Shown: piece after piece, positions 29,699 to 40,151 of the stretch
How positions within the stretch are numbered: position 1 is the first letter of the stretch
Layout of the letters: each line of letters opens with the position of its first letter
DNA from: an uncultured candidate division Zixibacteria bacterium
GTDB taxonomy: Bacteria > Zixibacteria > MSB-5A5 > GN15 > PGXB01
DNA: 64,000 nt
Reading direction: 5' to 3'
Assembly: GCA_963702205.1 (NCBI GenBank)
Contig: OY969724.1
Location: 2,496,001-2,560,000, forward strand
Position numbers and translations under genes: made by a program
The notes under the pieces: model-generated
Seen by the model: only the letters and a program-made list of their open reading frames with translations
Told to the model about the DNA's origin: nothing
The model's database searches: none

Positions 29699-32290
29699 CT
29701 ACTTTATAATTACGAACTTGCCAATAAAATTGCCAAATTCAGAAGTCACAGAATAATAATAAATTCCGGAGACAATTGCCATTCTATTTCTGGTAATTAA
29801 ATCCCACGAGTCATGCATCGACCCGGGAGCGCCGGGAGGATAATCGTGGTCGATTTCGCGGACAAGATCGCCGTCGAGAGTATATATCCTAATCGTGCAT
29901 TTGTGCGGTAAATTGGCGAAATTCAAGGCTCTTGTAAACTCGGCGGGCATATTCTGCTGGCCGTTTTCCCACCCTTCATAGTGCTCGTGATAGCCACCGT
30001 TAATAAAATACGGGTTGGGATACACGACGACGTCGAGACCGTTTTCGACGGCATCTTCACTCGATGGCAAGGCATACTGGCGCAAGGCGTTTTCATAGGG
30101 ATTGGTTTCCTGGGAACCGAGGTTGCGGCCGGGGTTGCCCTGATCGAAAGCCGTGACGGAAACATAATACGGTCGTGACGGCAGCAGGCCGCGTATCTTG
30201 TAGCTGTACTCGAAATACTTGAACCGGCCCTCTTTGGTCAACACGTCGGGCCAATAAAGCCCGGCGCTGTCAGCGCTCAATGTCGGGGGATAGGGCTCGT
30301 TCGGGAATCTTTTATGTATTGCCAGGGTATCGAAAAGATTTGACTGGTTCCAGTCGTGACGGGAAAAGTAATACTGGTCAAAAGATTGAGTCTGATAGTT
30401 GTAATGGCTGAGCAGTTCACTTTCCGACGTGTAACGCTCGGGGTCGAAATTTTCACCATAAATATTTTTTAGATCGGATAGAGTATAGGGCGGATTTTCG
30501 ATTTGCCAGCGGTTATAGGTGCTGTCGAATTCCCAGCGGTCGAAATTAAGATAGTCATACGAGGACAGGATAGTGAAATTGCCCGGCTGACCGGTTTCGG
30601 AAATGTATACCCGATAGCCTTCGAAATCGTTGCGATTGAGAAAGGGGTCTGCTTCCGTTTCGCTTTTCAGTCCATTCCAGCGGGCCTCAATATAGCCGAC
30701 GTTGAATTCATCGACACCGGGATGCAAAGTAAAACCGGGTGCGGTCGGGGGAGATGCACCCACAAAATCCGGGCTGCCGTCCCCGGTATAATAAAGTGTG
30801 TCGCTTCGGATGTATTTGTAAGTCGTGTCATATATGGTATCGTGGGCCATATAGATGGTGTCAATGTTGTCTATAATATATCCGGCCTGCCTGAGGTGGT
30901 ATTTGCCCTTATATCCGTTGCCGTCGGTATCAACCCCGGGATTGTCGTAAATCCACGAAGCCCACAGGGCGTTCAAAGCGAGATCGTCGAGGTGCCGCGA
31001 TACCCCGCCGGCGCCCGGAGCCCAACTGCCCTGCCAGTAGTTTTGCCCCATAACCACGGCGAAAGTGAAATCGATTGAGTTCCCGGGAAAGAGTGTATAT
31101 GGCCCGGTTGCCATGACGTACATAATATTGGAGCCCTGGTAGACTGGTTCTTCGGGCGGCGGCATCCAGCCATCGGCAGTGAAATCGCGCCAGCTGTCAA
31201 TCAGGTCGTAGTCGACTTCACCGTTGGACATAATGTAGTATTTATCGGCGTCCGAGGCCGGTTCGCCGTAATACCCCCGGAATTGCCGTAACGTCTGCCC
31301 CGGTTTTGGCTTTTTTCTGGGTCCCCATGACCAGTAATCGGTCGTGTAATCGACCGCCCACCAGTTGAATGAAAAATTATGTTCGTTCGGGACCGGGCGC
31401 AGAAGCATAACCCCAGCCGCCGAAGTTGCGGCGAACAGGCCCTGGAACTGCTGGGATACCGGGTCAGGGTCACCGTCATTATCGGCTGCCCAGGCAATAT
31501 TAAAAGTGTCGCGAAGCCCGCTAATGTACGGCGACTGAAAATTCTTAAGGAACCCGACGATGTCGTCGCTGCCGCCGTATGGCCCGGTATCGCGGTGGAC
31601 GCTGTTGTCCACGTACAACCCGATAAAGACTTTATTTATATCCCTGAAGGTGATGTTTGATACCTGCAAGTCGAAGAGGATAAAATCTTCGGCGTATTCA
31701 TAGCCCCAGGCATAACTCCTTTGAGTGACCTTAACTCCGATCGGGATGTGAATGCGGCGGCTGAACAGGTCGTAGCCGGTCCAGCGAGAATCCCAGAGTG
31801 TATCGCAATAGTACGAAATAAAATCCTGATGAGAAACGGCGCTGTCGAAGTCGGGCCGGCCGGGCTCGAGAATGGAGCGGCGTTTGATTTCATTCATTGG
31901 GATAGTGTCGGGCCAGAATTCGCTCTGGACGCTCCAATCCTGCCATCCGGCGGTAGACACCAGTGTGTCACGACCGACAATAGCCCCGACCCACAGCTGC
32001 ATTTCGTTCAAATAATTTACGGCCAGGCCTTTAGGATAGGATAAACTGGGAGCCTGCAGGCCCGTAGCCGGATTATACACCGGCTGACTGGTTCCCAGAC
32101 CGAACTCGCCGAAGTTTGAGATGGTCATGGCGACCAGGCCGATGTCCTGAACCGCCACGCGCTTGAGTAAAACCTCGGCTTCGTTGAACAAAGCGTGGGA
32201 TTTTATTTCACGATATTCCTGTCGGGCAGGAACACTGCCTGCAATGAAAACACCGCCAAGTATCAGGAGGGGGATAATTTTAAAGTTCAT
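29699..32290 (-). CDS. Large secreted protein, paralog C
   Basis: 863 aa with the same motif order as the other three paralogs. Confidence 0.85.
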   Translation of the reverse strand: MNFKIIPLLILGGVFIAGSVPARQEYREIKSHALFNEAEVLLKRVAVQDIGLVAMTISNFGEFGLGTSQPVYNPATGLQAPSLSYPKGLAVNYLNEMQLWVGAIVGRDTLVSTAGWQDWSVQSEFWPDTIPMNEIKRRSILEPGRPDFDSAVSHQDFISYYCDTLWDSRWTGYDLFSRRIHIPIGVKVTQRSYAWGYEYAEDFILFDLQVSNITFRDINKVFIGLYVDNSVHRDTGPYGGSDDIVGFLKNFQSPYISGLRDTFNIAWAADNDGDPDPVSQQFQGLFAATSAAGVMLLRPVPNEHNFSFNWWAVDYTTDYWSWGPRKKPKPGQTLRQFRGYYGEPASDADKYYIMSNGEVDYDLIDSWRDFTADGWMPPPEEPVYQGSNIMYVMATGPYTLFPGNSIDFTFAVVMGQNYWQGSWAPGAGGVSRHLDDLALNALWASWIYDNPGVDTDGNGYKGKYHLRQAGYIIDNIDTIYMAHDTIYDTTYKYIRSDTLYYTGDGSPDFVGASPPTAPGFTLHPGVDEFNVGYIEARWNGLKSETEADPFLNRNDFEGYRVYISETGQPGNFTILSSYDYLNFDRWEFDSTYNRWQIENPPYTLSDLKNIYGENFDPERYTSESELLSHYNYQTQSFDQYYFSRHDWNQSNLFDTLAIHKRFPNEPYPPTLSADSAGLYWPDVLTKEGRFKYFEYSYKIRGLLPSRPYYVSVTAFDQGNPGRNLGSQETNPYENALRQYALPSSEDAVENGLDVVVYPNPYFINGGYHEHYEGWENGQQNMPAEFTRALNFANLPHKCTIRIYTLDGDLVREIDHDYPPGAPGSMHDSWDLITRNRMAIVSGIYYYSVTSEFGNFIGKFVIIK

Positions 32291-32313
32291 GGGGCGTGTC
32301 GCCTCGGTGTCAA

Positions 32314-34983
32314 TTATAAAATGATGACAATTTTGCCCAATTGGTTGCCATATTCGGATTCGACCGAATAATAATAAATTCCGGAAACAACCGCCTGAGT
32401 GTTCCTCGTTATCAGATCCCAGGTTTCGTGCATGGCTTTTGGATCACCGGGAGGGACATCGTGTTCAATCTGCCGTACCAAGTCGCCATCGAGCGTATAA
32501 ATGCGAATCGTGCATTTATGAGGAAGATTGGCAAAATGTATTGCGCGGGTTCGTTCCAGAGGCAGGGTCGTTTCGGTCGACCCCTCCAGTCCCATAGCAC
32601 GATAGTTGCCGTCAATGCGATACGGATTGGGGTAGACGACGACATTGAGCTTTTGTTCTTCGACCATATCCGCCGAATTTTGAGGATATTCACCGACCAC
32701 GTTGATCAGCGGGCTGGTTTCCAGCGAGGTTAAACCGAATCCCGGAGACCCGTAATCGAAGGCCGTAACGGTTACATAGTACAACAATGACGGCAGCAGA
32801 TCGCGAACGATATATTCATATTCGAAGTATTTGAACTCACCATTTTCCGTCAGCTCATCCGGGTAATAAATAGCGGCCGAATCCGGGTCGATGGTCGACG
32901 GATAGGGCTGATCGGGATAAACTTTATGGATCTGGAAGGTGTCCAGCAGGTTGCTCTGGTTCCAGTCCTGAGGGACGAAATAAAAAATAGAGTCCTCGCC
33001 GGACGGATTCGGTACCAGCAGCGGGTGATCGACGTCGTGCTGAAAAGGATCAAAACCCTGGCCGTACATGGATAGCAATTGAGCAAGAGTGAAAGGTATG
33101 TCAAGAAGTTCCCACGCCTGGTGATTGCGGACATAGGTCCAGCGATTAAAATCATCGCGGTCGTAAGAATTCAGCAACACGAAGTTTTTTATCTGCTTGG
33201 TCATGGAATACATGACCCGGTAGCCTTCAAAATCGTAATCGTCCGAGAACCTGTCCGGGGTCAGTTCGCTGGCGAATCCGTTCCATCTGATTACCAGACG
33301 CCCGCGATTGAATTCGTCGACTTCGGGTTGCACCCTCAACACCGGAGCGGGGGGAGGCTGGGCACCGATAAAATCCGGAACCCCGTCACCTTCGTACCAG
33401 GTTGTATCACAGGTGCCGTATACGTAAGTCGTCTCCGGGGGATCGACTTGATCGTTGATTTCCAGAGTGGTGTCGAGACAGCAGATTCTGAATTTTCCGA
33501 AATATCTGTCGCCGTTGCTGTCAATGTGCGGGTTGTCGTATATGAACGACGCCCATTTTGAATTGTAGGCGAGGCTGTCAAAATCGAGGGAATTGTAATA
33601 AGTTTCGGGCCGCAACGGGTCAAAAAGGTCCTTGAAATCGTTGCCGTGGACGTGAAGGTCGTTGGCGCAAATATAGGCGAACGTTACCGGCAGAACCTCG
33701 CCCGGAGACAGATTAAACGGACCGAACGACAGCAGGTAGCGGGCGTCAAAACCGTTTGCGAAGTCAGTCGCTGACGCCGGAGGAGAGAGCCAGCCGGCCG
33801 CGGTATGATCTTTGGCCGTAAACATTTGATCGTAATCGAATTCCCGGTTCTGCATCACGTAATATTTGTTTCGATCCCCCAGAGGAGTGCCGAGGACGCC
33901 GCTCATGTCCCGAAAGGGATGTTCGGGAGTACCGGTTCTGCGAGGACCGAAATCGAGCGCAGCGCTACTGTAATTGGTAATCCACCAGTTAAATGAATAT
34001 TTCAATGAATCCGACGGAGTTCTGACAACCCTGACCCCGGCCACGCTGCGACAACTGGTTGGTGTGAAATTGCCGGATTCGTCGGGATCGCCGTCATTGT
34101 CCATTATATATGCCACGTTGATTGTATCACGAAAACCGCATGGAGATTCGGTCGGGTGATCCTGCCTGAAACCGCAAATATCGTCATCATATCCGGCAGA
34201 ACCCGATCGGGATTCATGATGAACGTCGCCGTCGACGTAAATCGCCATATATACCTGTTCGAGTTCGCGCCGCCCGATATTTTTTATGGAATAATCGAAG
34301 AGAATAAAATCGCGTGCATAGGCATAACTCCAGGCATAGCTGCGCTGAGTAACTTCGACGTTCAACGGACGGTGGGGGCGGCCGTCGGTATTGTCGGTAT
34401 TAACGTAGCTCGGATCCGTAAGTGTGTCCGAGTACACGGCCATAATGTCCTGTTCCGATTTTGCCTGCGGGTCGAAAAAAGGATTGCTCGGTTCAATCGA
34501 TCCGTAATTAATATCGCCAAATGGATAAGGATCCGGCCAGAATTCCACGACGCTGTAATAATCATCGACGCCAATTGAAACCAGCGTGTCACGGCCGACA
34601 ATGGCACCTATCCAGAACCCGCCGACATACAGATGTTCCACCTTGCTGTTGGTCGGAAAATAACAGGAGGGGGCCGCGTTGCCGGTCAGAGGATCGGTTT
34701 GTGGTCCGAGATAACCCAGGCCGAACTGACCGATATTCGTAACCGTTATGTTGACATTGTTAATATTATGGACGGCAATGGTAACATAGGGATTATTCGA
34801 AGCGGCCGCTTTCATAAGCCGCGCTCCCGGCTTCAGGTAAGAAGATTCCTTCGGTGATTCCAGCGCTCTTACCGTACCGAATGGCGAGGCTATAACAAGA
34901 AAAGACAGAAGACCGAATAAAACCGTCCTGAAGTCGTCCCAATGTGCCGCTTTTATCATTTTATCAAATGCCCCTCGCACCAT
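32314..34983 (-). CDS. Large secreted protein, paralog B
   Basis: 889 aa with the same motif order. The start may be 34959. Confidence 0.85.
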   Translation of the reverse strand: MVRGAFDKMIKAAHWDDFRTVLFGLLSFLVIASPFGTVRALESPKESSYLKPGARLMKAAASNNPYVTIAVHNINNVNITVTNIGQFGLGYLGPQTDPLTGNAAPSCYFPTNSKVEHLYVGGFWIGAIVGRDTLVSIGVDDYYSVVEFWPDPYPFGDINYGSIEPSNPFFDPQAKSEQDIMAVYSDTLTDPSYVNTDNTDGRPHRPLNVEVTQRSYAWSYAYARDFILFDYSIKNIGRRELEQVYMAIYVDGDVHHESRSGSAGYDDDICGFRQDHPTESPCGFRDTINVAYIMDNDGDPDESGNFTPTSCRSVAGVRVVRTPSDSLKYSFNWWITNYSSAALDFGPRRTGTPEHPFRDMSGVLGTPLGDRNKYYVMQNREFDYDQMFTAKDHTAAGWLSPPASATDFANGFDARYLLSFGPFNLSPGEVLPVTFAYICANDLHVHGNDFKDLFDPLRPETYYNSLDFDSLAYNSKWASFIYDNPHIDSNGDRYFGKFRICCLDTTLEINDQVDPPETTYVYGTCDTTWYEGDGVPDFIGAQPPPAPVLRVQPEVDEFNRGRLVIRWNGFASELTPDRFSDDYDFEGYRVMYSMTKQIKNFVLLNSYDRDDFNRWTYVRNHQAWELLDIPFTLAQLLSMYGQGFDPFQHDVDHPLLVPNPSGEDSIFYFVPQDWNQSNLLDTFQIHKVYPDQPYPSTIDPDSAAIYYPDELTENGEFKYFEYEYIVRDLLPSLLYYVTVTAFDYGSPGFGLTSLETSPLINVVGEYPQNSADMVEEQKLNVVVYPNPYRIDGNYRAMGLEGSTETTLPLERTRAIHFANLPHKCTIRIYTLDGDLVRQIEHDVPPGDPKAMHETWDLITRNTQAVVSGIYYYSVESEYGNQLGKIVIIL

Positions 34984-35063
34984 GTTTTCATCCAGGTTCG
35001 ACGTTGTCGGCGTTGAGAATTTATGCAGGGATTAGTCAACTGATGGCGGCCCGATTGAAATGG

Positions 35064-35093
35064 ACGAGGCGGGTACAATTGCATCCGCCTCGT
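35064..35093. other. Strong intergenic hairpin with no U-tract
   Basis: ACGAGGCGGG-TACAATTGCA-TCCGCCTCGT, just downstream of paralog A. Confidence 0.6.
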
Positions 35094-35103
35094 TCAGAAT
35101 AAT

Positions 35104-37761
35104 TTACTTAATAATAACTATTTTGCCGATCTGATTGCCGGATTCGGATTCGACCGAATAATAATATATTCCGGACACGACCGCCTGAGTATTTCTCGTA
35201 ATTAAATCCCAGGTTTCGTGCATAGCCCTGTTCGAGTCTTTCGGTTTATCGTGATCGATTTGCCGAACCAGGTCGCCATCGATGGTATAAATTCTTATGG
35301 TGCATTTATTGGGAAGATTGGCAAAATGCAAAAGTCTGTCTCGTTCGGTATTCGGATCGGGGACATCACGACCTTCGAAATTACCGCCTTCGGCATTTTG
35401 ATAGTTGGCGTCAATGCGATACGGATTCGGATATACGACGACGTTCAAACCTTTTTCTTCGATCGTCGAATTATCGTACTGCGCATACTCGGAAATCATA
35501 TTCTTCGATACTGCCGTTTCAAGTGAAGGCAATCCGCTCGAGGGCGAGCCATAATCGAAAGCGGTAACGGCCACATAATACAACTGAGAAGGCAGCAGCT
35601 TGCGAATCGTGTATTCGTACTCATAATACTTGAAATATCCATCGTCGGTAAGTTCTTCAGGATGATAAACGGCCGCAGAATCGGGATTTGTACTGATCGG
35701 GAGCGGCTCATCGGGATAAATTTTATGAATTAAAGTAGTATCTGATAAATCGGAGCGGTTCCAATCCTGAGGAGTGAAATAATAATACTGCTCGGCCTCG
35801 GTATCGTAGTACAGGTTATCAACGGTATAAAGCGAAGGATTAAAGTCGGGTCCGTACATTTCCTGAAGCTGAGCCAGCGTGAAGGGCACCTGCCTTAATA
35901 CCCATATACCGTTATTGCTGTCATATTCCCAGCGATTGAAGTCGTCAATATCGTACGAAGTCAGAAGGACGAACTGCTCGGGGTCAGAAGAAAGCGAATA
36001 ATAGATTCGATATCCTTCAAAGTCGATTAATCCGCTGAAATTGTCGGGCGTGGTTTCCGATTCAAAACCGTTGATGCGAATTCCCAACTCGCCTTCATTG
36101 AACTCGTTGACCGTCGGTGTAACCCAGAATTTCGGGGCCACGGGAGGCCGCGCGCCTTCAAAATCGGGAATACCGTCGCCTTCATACCACATGGTGTCGG
36201 CCTTGATGCATACGGTGAGAGTTTCCGTTACGAGAGGGTCGAGTGAGATCGTGTCGATTTCACTCCCTTCTTCTTTGCAACAAACTCGGTATTTACCCAA
36301 AAAATGATTGCCGTTCGAGTCGCGGTTGGGATTGTCATAAATCCACGAAGCCCACACCGAATTCAATCCGAGATCCTGGAAATTAAGAGAGTCGTAATAC
36401 TCCTGCGGCATCTGCGGATTCCATAAGTTTTTAAAATCTTCGCAGTGACGGTGAAAATCCCTGCCGCCAATGTACGCGAAACTGAGCCGGAGAACTTCGC
36501 CGGGCGAAATGTTGAAAGGTCCGAACGAAAGCAGATACCGCGTGTCAAAACCGTTGGCAATATCATTCGCTTCAGGTCCGGGAGGAAGCCAGCCCTCGGC
36601 GGTTTGATCGACGGCGCTGAACATCTGATCGTAATCGAATTCTTCATGACGCATGATGTAGTATTTGTTTTTATCGCCTTCCGGAGTGCCCAGAAAGCCT
36701 CCAAAATCTCTAAAGGGGTCGGTTGCAGTGCCGGATTTTCGCGGACCAAAATCCAGATTCGGGGTAGTGTTCGAAACCCACCAGTTGAATGAATATTTCA
36801 ATGAATCGGACGGAGTTCTGACCACTCTGGTTCCCGTAACATGAGGGACGTCGAAACCGCTGGGACAGGTCAGAGCCGGATCATTGAGCTTACCGTCATT
36901 ATCCGCAATCCAGGCAATATTGATAGTATCGCGGAATCCACAAGACGGATCGATATTCGGAAGGGGAGTCGGAAGATCTCTCTTAAAACCACAAATATCA
37001 TCCTTGAATTCTACGCCCGTGGAGGAGCTTGCCGGGCCGACGTCGCCATCGACATAAATACCCATATAAACCTGATCCAAATCTCTTCGACCGATATTTT
37101 TTATGGCATAGTCGAACAGAATAAAATCTTCGGCATAGCTGTAAGACCAACCCAGACTTTTTTCCGTTATTTCAATATTCAGAGGCTGATGAGGGCGGCC
37201 GTCGATGGGATCAATAGAAACATAGCTTTGATCGGTCAACGTATCGGTATAGTGCGAGATAAAATCCTGTTCGGAAAGGGCCCCAGCCACGACGTCTTCC
37301 GGGTTCGATATGGACAATCTCTGAATATCACCATTCAAAGCGCATGGAGGCGGCCACATCTCCTGGGTAGAAGACCAGCCATCGGCGCCAACCGATACCA
37401 GGGTATCTCGTCCGACAATGGAGCCGATCCAGAAGGCTCCGGCAAACAAATATGTATTTGAAGACGGATAAGGGTATGAAGCAGAACGCGCTACGGCTCC
37501 CGTGATGGGGTCAGTACCAGTTGCACCCGGCAGAAAACCTGTGCCGAAAAATCCCTGATTGGTTACACATAACCCCATCTTATTGACGGTATGCATGGCC
37601 AAGTTGGCACATGGGGTGTTGGTGGCATTAGGTTTGTAGAAAACGCCCGGACCGATATCGTCGGGATCAAAATTGCCTCGAGCGAATAAGACAACCGGTG
37701 TCAGGCACAAAAGCATTAATGCAAAAACAGCCGATATCGCTCGATATTTCGGGGAATTCAT
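35104..37761 (-). CDS. Large secreted protein, paralog A (first gene of the array)
   Basis: ATG 37761 after GGAG; signal peptide; same motifs; richer in Cys. Confidence 0.85.
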   Translation of the reverse strand: MNSPKYRAISAVFALMLLCLTPVVLFARGNFDPDDIGPGVFYKPNATNTPCANLAMHTVNKMGLCVTNQGFFGTGFLPGATGTDPITGAVARSASYPYPSSNTYLFAGAFWIGSIVGRDTLVSVGADGWSSTQEMWPPPCALNGDIQRLSISNPEDVVAGALSEQDFISHYTDTLTDQSYVSIDPIDGRPHQPLNIEITEKSLGWSYSYAEDFILFDYAIKNIGRRDLDQVYMGIYVDGDVGPASSSTGVEFKDDICGFKRDLPTPLPNIDPSCGFRDTINIAWIADNDGKLNDPALTCPSGFDVPHVTGTRVVRTPSDSLKYSFNWWVSNTTPNLDFGPRKSGTATDPFRDFGGFLGTPEGDKNKYYIMRHEEFDYDQMFSAVDQTAEGWLPPGPEANDIANGFDTRYLLSFGPFNISPGEVLRLSFAYIGGRDFHRHCEDFKNLWNPQMPQEYYDSLNFQDLGLNSVWASWIYDNPNRDSNGNHFLGKYRVCCKEEGSEIDTISLDPLVTETLTVCIKADTMWYEGDGIPDFEGARPPVAPKFWVTPTVNEFNEGELGIRINGFESETTPDNFSGLIDFEGYRIYYSLSSDPEQFVLLTSYDIDDFNRWEYDSNNGIWVLRQVPFTLAQLQEMYGPDFNPSLYTVDNLYYDTEAEQYYYFTPQDWNRSDLSDTTLIHKIYPDEPLPISTNPDSAAVYHPEELTDDGYFKYYEYEYTIRKLLPSQLYYVAVTAFDYGSPSSGLPSLETAVSKNMISEYAQYDNSTIEEKGLNVVVYPNPYRIDANYQNAEGGNFEGRDVPDPNTERDRLLHFANLPNKCTIRIYTIDGDLVRQIDHDKPKDSNRAMHETWDLITRNTQAVVSGIYYYSVESESGNQIGKIVIIK

Positions 37762-37963
37762 TCTCCACCCTCCAAATTTATTAACAACCATTTTTCGCGT
37801 TTTTTATAACCTTTAAGTTTAGCAAATAGCGGTGCAAAACGCAAGTGGGAAAACGGCCTAAACATAAGTTTTTATGTTTGGGTGAGGGGAATTCCGGCGG
37901 TAATTTCCTTATATATTACGTAATAGCTGTCAAAATATCCAATAAATTCGAGTTTGGATTCAT

Positions 37964-37997
37964 AAAAAAAACCGCCGTGTTTTCGGCGGTTTTTTTT
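37964..37997. terminator. Rho-independent terminator (bidirectional form) after the M16 operon
   Basis: AAAAAAAACCGCCG-TGTTTT-CGGCGGTTTTTTTT. Confidence 0.85.
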
Positions 37998-38011
37998 GCA
38001 AATATTAAGTA

Positions 38012-40141
38012 TTACGGTTTGTCAAAAGTGCCTTCGGGAATGGTCGGGTTTATTTCATAGGAATCAACGGCGATATCCATAACCCTGGTGCCATCGGATT
38101 CAACCGACATGGCGAAAGGCAGCTTGACTCCGGAGACATCTCTGTAATCGTTCATTTTAACCGTCAGGTTGCCGGTGCCCATCATAGTCTCGCCGAAATA
38201 CATTTTGCCGATCGGCAGATTCGTGCTGGCATCGAGGGCCAGTTTATACGAATAGCTGTCATCCATAGTGGCAATTTTGACCACTTTGACGGGCGTATCA
38301 CCGAGTTTGTCCTCGCCGATATAGATCGCCTTAAAATTTGGGTTCTTGATGTCTTTGAAAAGGTGAATCTGATCTCTGAAACGGTCCTCTTTGCTGCTGG
38401 CGATTCTGTCGGAAGGCATATCCGCCACGTTCGGTCCCTGTGACATCCAGCCGGAATCGCCGGTTACGACGGTAACCATCTCTCCCATAGGGGTGGAGAT
38501 GACGTCTTTTTCCTTATCCGGCAGGACCGAAATGGATTTTACACCGATCGACATGTTGCCCTGAGGGGTAATAATGGTCACATTTTGTTTGGACGAGGTG
38601 GCGTTAATTTTCTGGAAGTTGGCCACTCCGCCGCAGGCATGGGCGGCTTTGTTCAATAAATCCATGCCCATGGCGAGCGTTTCATCGTTTTCCGTGACTT
38701 CCTCGGCCACCGCACCGCTCGGTATGGTTATATCCACGTCGGTAACCTGTCCCAGCGTGGAAAGCGGTTTGTCATACTTATCGGGCTGGCCGACGACGAC
38801 CACTTTCAATTCATCGGGATGGAAGCGGCGTTTGGCCACGTCGACGACGTCCTGAGGTGTGACATTTTCGATTTTGTCTTTCAGCGTATACAGGAAGTCC
38901 TGCGGGAAATTGAAATAATCATACATCATCATACGATTAATGATTTCACCTTTGGAATCGAACTTGAACACGAACGAATTCAGGAATGATTCCTTGGCGC
39001 GTTTCATTTCATCGGGAGTGGGCGGGTCGGTCTGCATGCTCCTGATTTCGTCTTTCATTGTCTCGATTGCTTCAACGGTCGATTCAAGTTTGGTTATGGC
39101 GTAGCAATAGAATATTCCGGGATATGGAATGTTCGTGGAATAATCACCGGACGTGGAATAGGCCAACCCTTTTCGCGTTCTGACCTCGTTGAAAATTCGT
39201 CCGCCGAAACTGCCGAGTATTGAGTTGGCTACCGTAATCGCGAAATAATCGGAATCGCCGGTCAGGCCGCCGATATGCCCGAGTAAAACGCTGGATTGGG
39301 TGATGTCGTCTTTTGCAATACTGTAGACGCCCGATGCATATTTATAATTCACTTCGGGCAAAGCCGGGACGGGGCCCGAACCCTTTTTCCAATCGCCAAA
39401 GTATTTCTTTATCTTGCCCAGCATTTCGTCTTTGTTGAAATCGCCCCACATGGCGATCTGAACGTTTTCCGGGGTTACATAATTGTCGTGAAAAGCCATC
39501 ATGTCGTCACGGGTGATAGCGTTAATGGTGGCATATTCGGTATGACGGGCATAGGGGGAATCATCTCCGTAAATGGCCTTACGAAATTCCCGGATGCAGA
39601 TAGTAAAGGGTTCGTCATTTCTGGACGAGATTGCCGTCCGTTCCGCGCTCCTGGCGATATTTATTTTGTCTTCGGCGAACTGCGGGGTACGCAGCACGTC
39701 GGAAAGAATCACCAGACCGGTATCGATATAATCGGAGAGGATGTTCATGCTGGCGCCGCCGCCGATGCGGTCGATATTCGTCTCGACCGAAGCTCCGATC
39801 GCTTCCAGCGTCTGGTCTATGTCGTCACCGGACATGCGGGCCGTACCACCGGTACGCATAACGTCTCCGACCATCGAGGCCAGGCCAACCTTGTCGGCCG
39901 GGTCGAGATAACCGCCGGCGGCGAGGCGAATCGAAGCGTGCACTATCGGAAGTTCGTGGTCTTCGAGTAAATATACCCGAATTCCGTTGTCGAGAGTGAC
40001 TTTTTGAATGTCGGGCATTTGCACTTCGTTGAGCCTGGGGTATTTAAGTTTATCCACCGTTCGCTCGGCAAACCCGGTCGTGCCGATCAACAAAACCGAA
40101 ACGACCAGGAAATAAATACAATATTTGTTCGTCCTTTTCAT
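38012..40141 (-). CDS. M16 (pitrilysin) family protein, non-catalytic-type subunit with a C-terminal extension
   Basis: LDNGIRVYLLEDHELP and RIFNEVRTRKGLAY, with no HXXEH motif. ATG 40141 follows GGAG. Confidence 0.9.
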   Translation of the reverse strand: MKRTNKYCIYFLVVSVLLIGTTGFAERTVDKLKYPRLNEVQMPDIQKVTLDNGIRVYLLEDHELPIVHASIRLAAGGYLDPADKVGLASMVGDVMRTGGTARMSGDDIDQTLEAIGASVETNIDRIGGGASMNILSDYIDTGLVILSDVLRTPQFAEDKINIARSAERTAISSRNDEPFTICIREFRKAIYGDDSPYARHTEYATINAITRDDMMAFHDNYVTPENVQIAMWGDFNKDEMLGKIKKYFGDWKKGSGPVPALPEVNYKYASGVYSIAKDDITQSSVLLGHIGGLTGDSDYFAITVANSILGSFGGRIFNEVRTRKGLAYSTSGDYSTNIPYPGIFYCYAITKLESTVEAIETMKDEIRSMQTDPPTPDEMKRAKESFLNSFVFKFDSKGEIINRMMMYDYFNFPQDFLYTLKDKIENVTPQDVVDVAKRRFHPDELKVVVVGQPDKYDKPLSTLGQVTDVDITIPSGAVAEEVTENDETLAMGMDLLNKAAHACGGVANFQKINATSSKQNVTIITPQGNMSIGVKSISVLPDKEKDVISTPMGEMVTVVTGDSGWMSQGPNVADMPSDRIASSKEDRFRDQIHLFKDIKNPNFKAIYIGEDKLGDTPVKVVKIATMDDSYSYKLALDASTNLPIGKMYFGETMMGTGNLTVKMNDYRDVSGVKLPFAMSVESDGTRVMDIAVDSYEINPTIPEGTFDKP

Positions 40142-40151
40142 GGTTATCTCC

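Noticed and set aside
27082..37761. Diversity-generating retroelement or shufflon acting on the repeated C-termini
   Set aside because: No reverse transcriptase, recombinase or non-coding template repeat was seen. The differences look like ordinary paralog divergence.
37820..37840. sigma54-like motif upstream of the four-gene array (TTTGCACCGCTATTTGC on the minus strand)
   Set aside because: It lacks the invariant GG, and the GG-N10-GC spacing is off by one.
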